Source: Escherichia coli
GTDB lineage: Bacteria > Pseudomonadota > Gammaproteobacteria > Enterobacterales > Enterobacteriaceae
Length of the DNA stretch: 64,000 nt
Assembly: GCF_030384885.1 (NCBI RefSeq)
Contig: NZ_CP128613.1
Reading direction: 5' to 3' (one strand)
The notes under the pieces: generated by a model
Databases searched by the model: none
Seen by the model: the letters and a program-made list of their open reading frames with translations, nothing else
Told to the model about the DNA's origin: nothing
Position numbers and translations under genes: made by a program
Part shown: positions 57,929-64,000 of the stretch, in pieces
Position numbering within the stretch: position 1 is the first letter of the stretch
How the letters are laid out: each line of letters opens with the position of its first letter

Positions 57929-59256
57929 GCCAGTTTCAGATCCCGGGTCATGTTTTCCACGTTGTTTTCGTGGATCACCACGTTGTCTTCGATACGAATG
58001 CCACCAAACGGTTTCAGTGCTTCAATTTTCTGCCAGTTGAAGTGTTTGCTGAACTGCCCTTCACGCCACGGCGCCAGCAGCGATTCGATGAAGTAGATAC
58101 CCGGTTCGATGGTTAACACCATGCCCGGCTGGAGAATACGAGTGCAGCGCAGGTACGGATATTTTGCCGGTGCCGCGAGGTGCGTACCGCTATCATCCTG
58201 CATAAAACCAGCGACGTCATGCACCTGCAGGCCCAGCGGATGGCCGATACCATGCGGCATAAACGGTCCGGTAAGATCATTTTCGACCATCGCCTCTTCA
58301 CTCATATCGGTGATGATTTGATGTTTACGCAGCAGTTTGGCGATACGCTGATGGAACTGGATGTGGTAATCCACATAGCTGACGCCTGCTTTCATGGTAG
58401 CGATCAGCGCCAGTTGTTCATCATTTACGTCTTTCACCAACTGTGCATAGTCGTTGTCGCTTTTTGCCGACCAGGTACGAGTCAGGTCAGCCGCATAGCC
58501 GTTATATTCGGCCCCGGCATCCAGCAGGAAGCTGCGCATCTCTTCCGGTGCCTGATGGTCCAGTTTGGTGTAATGCAGTACCGCAGCATGTTCGTTGAGC
58601 GCCACAATGTTGCTGTAAGGCACGTCGGTATCACGATGACCGGTCGCGGTCAGATAGGCAATGTTGATATCGAACTCGCTCATGCCAGAACGGAACGCTT
58701 CTTCTGCCGCGCGATGGCCGTTGACCGCCATTTTCTGCGCTTCACGCATACAGGCCAGTTCGTACTCGGTTTTGAAGGAGCGGTAGTAATGCAGGTAGTC
58801 GATCACCCCTTTCGGGTTGATATTGCTGGCCTCAATACCCAGTTGCAGCGCACGTTCCGGCACCGGACCGATATAACCGATATTGCCGCGCGCAGCTGGC
58901 AACAGGCTACCAATGCCATCGGCTTTCGGCAGCGCGATCACTTCTATATCTTCAGTCCAGAAGGAGTTCGGCAGCGGTTCAACGTTGTGCCAGTAATCAA
59001 CCGGCAGATAGAACCACAGTTTCGGCTTATTCACGCCATCTACCAGCAGCCAGCAGTTTGGCACCTGAGTTACCGGCACCCACGCTTTGAATTGCGGGTT
59101 CACTTTAAACGGATAGGGATGATCGTCGAGAAAAACGTTGAACAGTTCGCCGGAGTGAATAAGTAACGCATCCAGTTTGAAGCGCGCCAGCGCATCGCGA
59201 GTCCGTTCCTGTAAGGTAGCTATATGATTTTTATAGAGCGAGGCCAGTGATTCCAT
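57925..59256 (-). CDS. pepQ: Xaa-Pro dipeptidase (prolidase)
   Basis: 443-aa M24B-family peptidase with metal-binding [13 protein letters not shown]. Confidence 0.93.
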   Translation of the reverse strand: MESLASLYKNHIATLQERTRDALARFKLDALLIHSGELFNVFLDDHPYPFKVNPQFKAWVPVTQVPNCWLLVDGVNKPKLWFYLPVDYWHNVEPLPNSFWTEDIEVIALPKADGIGSLLPAARGNIGYIGPVPERALQLGIEASNINPKGVIDYLHYYRSFKTEYELACMREAQKMAVNGHRAAEEAFRSGMSEFDINIAYLTATGHRDTDVPYSNIVALNEHAAVLHYTKLDHQAPEEMRSFLLDAGAEYNGYAADLTRTWSAKSDNDYAQLVKDVNDEQLALIATMKAGVSYVDYHIQFHQRIAKLLRKHQIITDMSEEAMVENDLTGPFMPHGIGHPLGLQVHDVAGFMQDDSGTHLAAPAKYPYLRCTRILQPGMVLTIEPGIYFIESLLAPWREGQFSKHFNWQKIEALKPFGGIRIEDNVVIHENNVENMTRDLKLA

Positions 59257-59402
59257 TTTTTACCCTTCTGTTTTTTGACCTTAAGTCTCCGCATCTTAGC
59301 ACAACGTTAATACAGAGCGTGATTTCTGCCGAGCGTGATCAGATTGGCATTTCTTTAATCTTTTATTTGCATATTTTTAACACAAAATACACACTTCGTC
59401 CC

Positions 59403-59419
59403 ATCTGGTACGACCAGAT
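59403..59419 (+). promoter_or_regulatory. FadR operator in the fadBA promoter
   Basis: Palindrome ATCTGGTACGACCAGAT, ~25 bp upstream of the fadB start. Confidence 0.65.
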
Positions 59420-59444
59420 CACCTTGCGGATTCAGGAGACTGAC

Positions 59445-61634
59445 ATGCTTTACAAAGGCGACACCCTGTACCTTGACTGGCTGGAAGATGGCATTGCCGA
59501 ACTGGTATTTGATGCCCCAGGTTCAGTTAATAAACTCGACACTGCGACCGTCGCCAGCCTCGGCGAGGCCATCGGCGTGCTGGAACAGCAATCAGATTTA
59601 AAAGGGCTGCTGCTGCGTTCGAATAAAGCAGCCTTTATCGTCGGTGCTGATATCACCGAATTCTTGTCCCTGTTCCTCGTTCCTGAAGAACAGTTAAGCC
59701 AGTGGCTGCATTTTGCCAATAGCGTGTTTAATCGCCTGGAAGATCTGCCGGTGCCGACCATTGCTGCCGTCAACGGCTATGCGCTGGGCGGTGGCTGCGA
59801 ATGTGTGCTGGCGACCGATTATCGTCTGGCGACGCCAGATCTGCGCATCGGTCTGCCGGAAACCAAACTGGGCATTATGCCGGGCTTTGGCGGTTCTGTA
59901 CGTATGCCACGTATGCTCGGTGCTGATAGTGCGCTGGAAATCATTGCCGCCGGTAAAGATGTCGGCGCGGATCAGGCGCTGAAAATCGGTCTGGTGGATG
60001 GCGTAGTCAAAGCAGAAAAACTGGTTGAAGGCGCGAAGGCGATTTTACGTCAGGCTATTAACGGCGACCTCGACTGGAAAGCGAAACGTCAGCCGAAGCT
60101 GGAACCGCTAAAACTGAGCAAGATTGAAGCCACCATGAGCTTCACCATCGCTAAAGGAATGGTCGCACAAACGGCAGGGAAACATTACCCCGCGCCCATC
60201 ACCGCAGTAAAAACCATTGAAGCGGCTGCCCGTTTTGGTCGTAAAGAAGCATTAAATCTGGAAAACAAAAGTTTTGTCCCGCTGGCGCATACCAACGAAG
60301 CTCGCGCACTGGTCGGCATTTTCCTTAACGATCAATATGTAAAAGGCAAAGCGAAGAAACTCACCAAAGACGTTGAAACCCCAAAACAGGCCGCTGTGCT
60401 GGGCGCAGGCATTATGGGCGGCGGCATTGCTTACCAGTCTGCGTGGAAAGGCGTGCCGGTTGTCATGAAAGATATCAATGACAAGTCGTTAACCCTCGGT
60501 ATGACTGAAGCCGCAAAACTGCTGAACAAGCAGCTTGAGCGCGGCAAGATCGATGGTCTGAAACTGGCTGGCGTGATCTCCACGATTCATCCAACGCTCG
60601 ACTACGCCGGGTTTGATCGCGTGGATATTGTGGTAGAAGCGGTTGTTGAAAACCCGAAAGTGAAAAAAGCCGTGCTGGCAGAAACCGAGCAGAAAGTACG
60701 CCCGGATACCGTGCTGGCGTCTAACACTTCAACCATTCCTATCAGCGAACTGGCCAACGCGCTGGAACGTCCGGAAAACTTCTGCGGGATGCACTTCTTT
60801 AACCCGGTCCACCGAATGCCGTTGGTGGAAATTATTCGCGGTGAGAAAAGCTCCGACGAAACCATCGCGAAAGTTGTCGCATGGGCGAGCAAGATGGGTA
60901 AAACGCCAATTGTGGTTAATGACTGCCCCGGCTTCTTTGTTAACCGCGTGCTGTTCCCCTACTTCGCCGGATTCAGCCAGCTGCTGCGCGACGGCGCGGA
61001 TTTTCGCAAGATCGACAAAGTGATGGAAAAACAGTTCGGCTGGCCGATGGGTCCGGCATACCTGCTGGATGTCGTGGGCATTGATACCGCGCATCACGCC
61101 CAGGCAGTGATGGCAGCAGGTTTCCCGCAGCGGATGCAGAAAGATTATCGCGATGCCATCGACGCACTGTTTGATGCCAACCGTTTTGGTCAGAAAAACG
61201 GCCTCGGTTTCTGGCGTTATAAAGAAGACTGCAAAGGTAAGCCGAAGAAAGAAGAAGATGCCGCCGTTGACGACCTGCTGGCAGAAGTCAGCCAGCCGAA
61301 GCGCGATTTCAGCGAAGAAGAGATTATCGCCCGCATGATGATCCCGATGGTCAACGAAGTGGTGCGTTGTCTGGAGGAAGGCATTATCGCCACTCCGGCA
61401 GAAGCCGATATGGCACTGGTCTACGGCCTGGGCTTCCCTCCGTTCCACGGCGGCGCGTTCCGCTGGCTGGACACCCTCGGTAGCGCAAAATATCTCGATA
61501 TGGCACAGCAATATCAGCACCTCGGCCCGCTGTATGAAGTGCCGGAAGGTCTGCGTAATAAAGCGCGTCATAACGAACCGTACTATCCCCCGGTTGAGCC
61601 AGCCCGTCCGGTTGGCGACCTGAAAACGGCTTAA
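59445..61634 (+). CDS. fadB: Fatty-acid oxidation complex alpha subunit (enoyl-CoA hydratase / 3-hydroxyacyl-CoA dehydrogenase)
   Basis: ATG at 59445 after [30 protein letters not shown]...; 729 aa. The ORF-track extension from 59247 is spurious. Confidence 0.95.
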   Translation: MLYKGDTLYLDWLEDGIAELVFDAPGSVNKLDTATVASLGEAIGVLEQQSDLKGLLLRSNKAAFIVGADITEFLSLFLVPEEQLSQWLHFANSVFNRLEDLPVPTIAAVNGYALGGGCECVLATDYRLATPDLRIGLPETKLGIMPGFGGSVRMPRMLGADSALEIIAAGKDVGADQALKIGLVDGVVKAEKLVEGAKAILRQAINGDLDWKAKRQPKLEPLKLSKIEATMSFTIAKGMVAQTAGKHYPAPITAVKTIEAAARFGRKEALNLENKSFVPLAHTNEARALVGIFLNDQYVKGKAKKLTKDVETPKQAAVLGAGIMGGGIAYQSAWKGVPVVMKDINDKSLTLGMTEAAKLLNKQLERGKIDGLKLAGVISTIHPTLDYAGFDRVDIVVEAVVENPKVKKAVLAETEQKVRPDTVLASNTSTIPISELANALERPENFCGMHFFNPVHRMPLVEIIRGEKSSDETIAKVVAWASKMGKTPIVVNDCPGFFVNRVLFPYFAGFSQLLRDGADFRKIDKVMEKQFGWPMGPAYLLDVVGIDTAHHAQAVMAAGFPQRMQKDYRDAIDALFDANRFGQKNGLGFWRYKEDCKGKPKKEEDAAVDDLLAEVSQPKRDFSEEEIIARMMIPMVNEVVRCLEEGIIATPAEADMALVYGLGFPPFHGGAFRWLDTLGSAKYLDMAQQYQHLGPLYEVPEGLRNKARHNEPYYPPVEPARPVGDLKTA

Positions 61635-62807
<1,173 letters not shown>

Positions 62808-62814
62808 CCACTTG

Positions 62815-62935
62815 CCGGATGCGGCGTGAATGCCTTATCCGGTCTACCGACCCGGCACTAATGTAGGCCTGATAAGACGCACCAGCGTCGCATCAGGCAT
62901 CGTGCATCGATTGCCGGATGCGACATAGATCTAAA
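62815..62935. repeat. BIME (REP cluster) downstream of fadA
   Basis: Several REP units (gccggatgcggcgtgaatgccttatccgg, gtaggcctgataagacgcaccagcgtcgcatcaggc, gccggatgcgacat). Confidence 0.7.
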
Positions 62936-63005
62936 TGCCACTGTATCACTGTATAAAGTTTTAGTTGCCGTTCTTCCCGCCTGTCAGGGGCGGGTTTTTT
63001 ATATC

Positions 63006-63707
63006 TCAGATAAATGCAAACGCATCGCCAAACAGGCGATCTTCCCGCGCATTACGCTCACTGCAAAACAGGTCACGGGCAATTTTCGCCATCTCAAAAC
63101 GTCCGGCAATATAGATATCATGCTCTGCCAGCGTACCGTGATCCTGCAATACCGCCGTTAACACAGTGCCAGTACGCCCACGCCAGCCCGCTTCCGGTTG
63201 TTCAACCACCGGCACCACTTGCAAACCTGGATGCTTAAGCGAAAGCGCCTCAAGCTCGGAGAGATCATAAAGATGCTGCTCTTCACGCCCGCCCCAGTAA
63301 ATGGTGATATCACGGTTTGGGTTACGCGCCAGCGCCGTCAGCAAAATCGAGCGCGCATAAGAGAAGCCTGTACCGCCCGCAATCAAAATCATCGGACGCT
63401 CTTCATCATCGCGCAGCCACGCTTCTCCGTGGGGAATATCGACCACGATTTGATGATCTTTGAGGATGCGGTCCATGACTGCTTTCGCGTAAAGGTTGAT
63501 TTCAGAAGCGCCAATATGCAGCTCGATAAACTCTTTTTCATCCGGCGTCGAAGCCATTGAGAATGGACGTTTATCGCGCTCATCCATCACCACCATCAAA
63601 TACTGACCAGCACGAAAAGAAAAGGCCGCGTCTGGCACGATGCGGACACGATATACGGTATCGGTGATAGCTTCTACCGAGGTCACTTTACAGCTTAAGG
63701 TTGTCAT
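63006..63707 (-). CDS. fre: NAD(P)H-flavin reductase
   Basis: Start at the internal ATG ([21 protein letters not shown]); 233 aa; FNR-like fold. Confidence 0.92.
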   Translation of the reverse strand: MTTLSCKVTSVEAITDTVYRVRIVPDAAFSFRAGQYLMVVMDERDKRPFSMASTPDEKEFIELHIGASEINLYAKAVMDRILKDHQIVVDIPHGEAWLRDDEERPMILIAGGTGFSYARSILLTALARNPNRDITIYWGGREEQHLYDLSELEALSLKHPGLQVVPVVEQPEAGWRGRTGTVLTAVLQDHGTLAEHDIYIAGRFEMAKIARDLFCSERNAREDRLFGDAFAFI

Positions 63708-63752
63708 GCGCTTTCTCTGTCGGATCGATAAATAGGGCAAAACAAACGCGCA

Positions 63753-64000
63753 TCAGGCGCTTTTACCGTTGTTAAAAATAGCCAGTTCATCCCAGATGGC
63801 GTCAATATGCGCGACAACATCCGGATCTTTTTTGATGGGACGTCCCCATTCACGCTGGGTTTCCCCTGGCCATTTATTCGTGGCATCCAGCCCCATTTTT
63901 GAACCCAGCCCGGAGACAGGCGAGGCAAAATCCAGATAATCAATAGGCGTATTTTCGACCAACACCGTGTCCCGCGCCGGGTCCATACGGGTGGTAATCG
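63753..64000 (-). CDS. ubiD: 3-octaprenyl-4-hydroxybenzoate decarboxylase, C-terminal fragment; 5' end outside the window
   Basis: ORF is open to the window end; translation ...[70 protein letters not shown]. Confidence 0.9.
   Translation of the reverse strand, partial: ITTRMDPARDTVLVENTPIDYLDFASPVSGLGSKMGLDATNKWPGETQREWGRPIKKDPDVVAHIDAIWDELAIFNNGKSA

Noticed and set aside
59247-59444. N-terminal extensions in the ORF track (fadB from 59247, glnG from 35247, ompL from 26334, phosphatase-like gene to 11119, yihI to 39301, yihX, csqR, yihM, yihF, yihD, fre)
   Set aside because: The track takes the longest ATG/GTG/TTG-initiated frame; internal ATGs with proper Shine-Dalgarno sequences give the expected protein N-termini, so the extensions are unlikely to be translated.

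Overview
This window reads as an Escherichia coli-type chromosomal segment, in reverse orientation relative to the K-12 map as I remember it: fdoG (5' truncated)-fdoH-fdoI-fdhE, yiiF, yiiE, then yiiD-dtd-yihY-yihX, the sulfoquinovose (yih) cluster, typA, glnALG, hemN, yihI, csrC, engB, spf, polA, yihG, yihF, dsbA, srkA, yihD, mobAB, the rrnA operon (5S-23S-tRNAAla-tRNAIle-16S, minus strand), hemG, trkH, yigZ, pepQ, fadBA, fre and the 3' end of ubiD. Gene calls rest on recognising the translated ORFs; no database search was run. Two segments look accessory. (1) About 5.6 kb of AT-rich, compositionally mosaic DNA between yiiE and yiiD (about 5836-11434) carries a two-TM membrane protein, two small ORFs, a HigB-2/HigA-2-like toxin-antitoxin pair whose toxin has no canonical in-frame start, an HSL-family esterase, a pair of 98-bp direct repeats bracketing the TA+esterase cassette, and a 604-aa protein with the CKSAKDRT P-loop typical of inositol polyphosphate 4-phosphatases and SopB/IpgD effectors. 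(2) A TauE/SafE-family permease gene sits between yihR and yihQ inside the sulfoquinovose cluster. A 21-bp motif occurs three times, upstream of yiiF, yiiE and the toxin gene. No CRISPR array, integrase, transposase or IS element was recognised.
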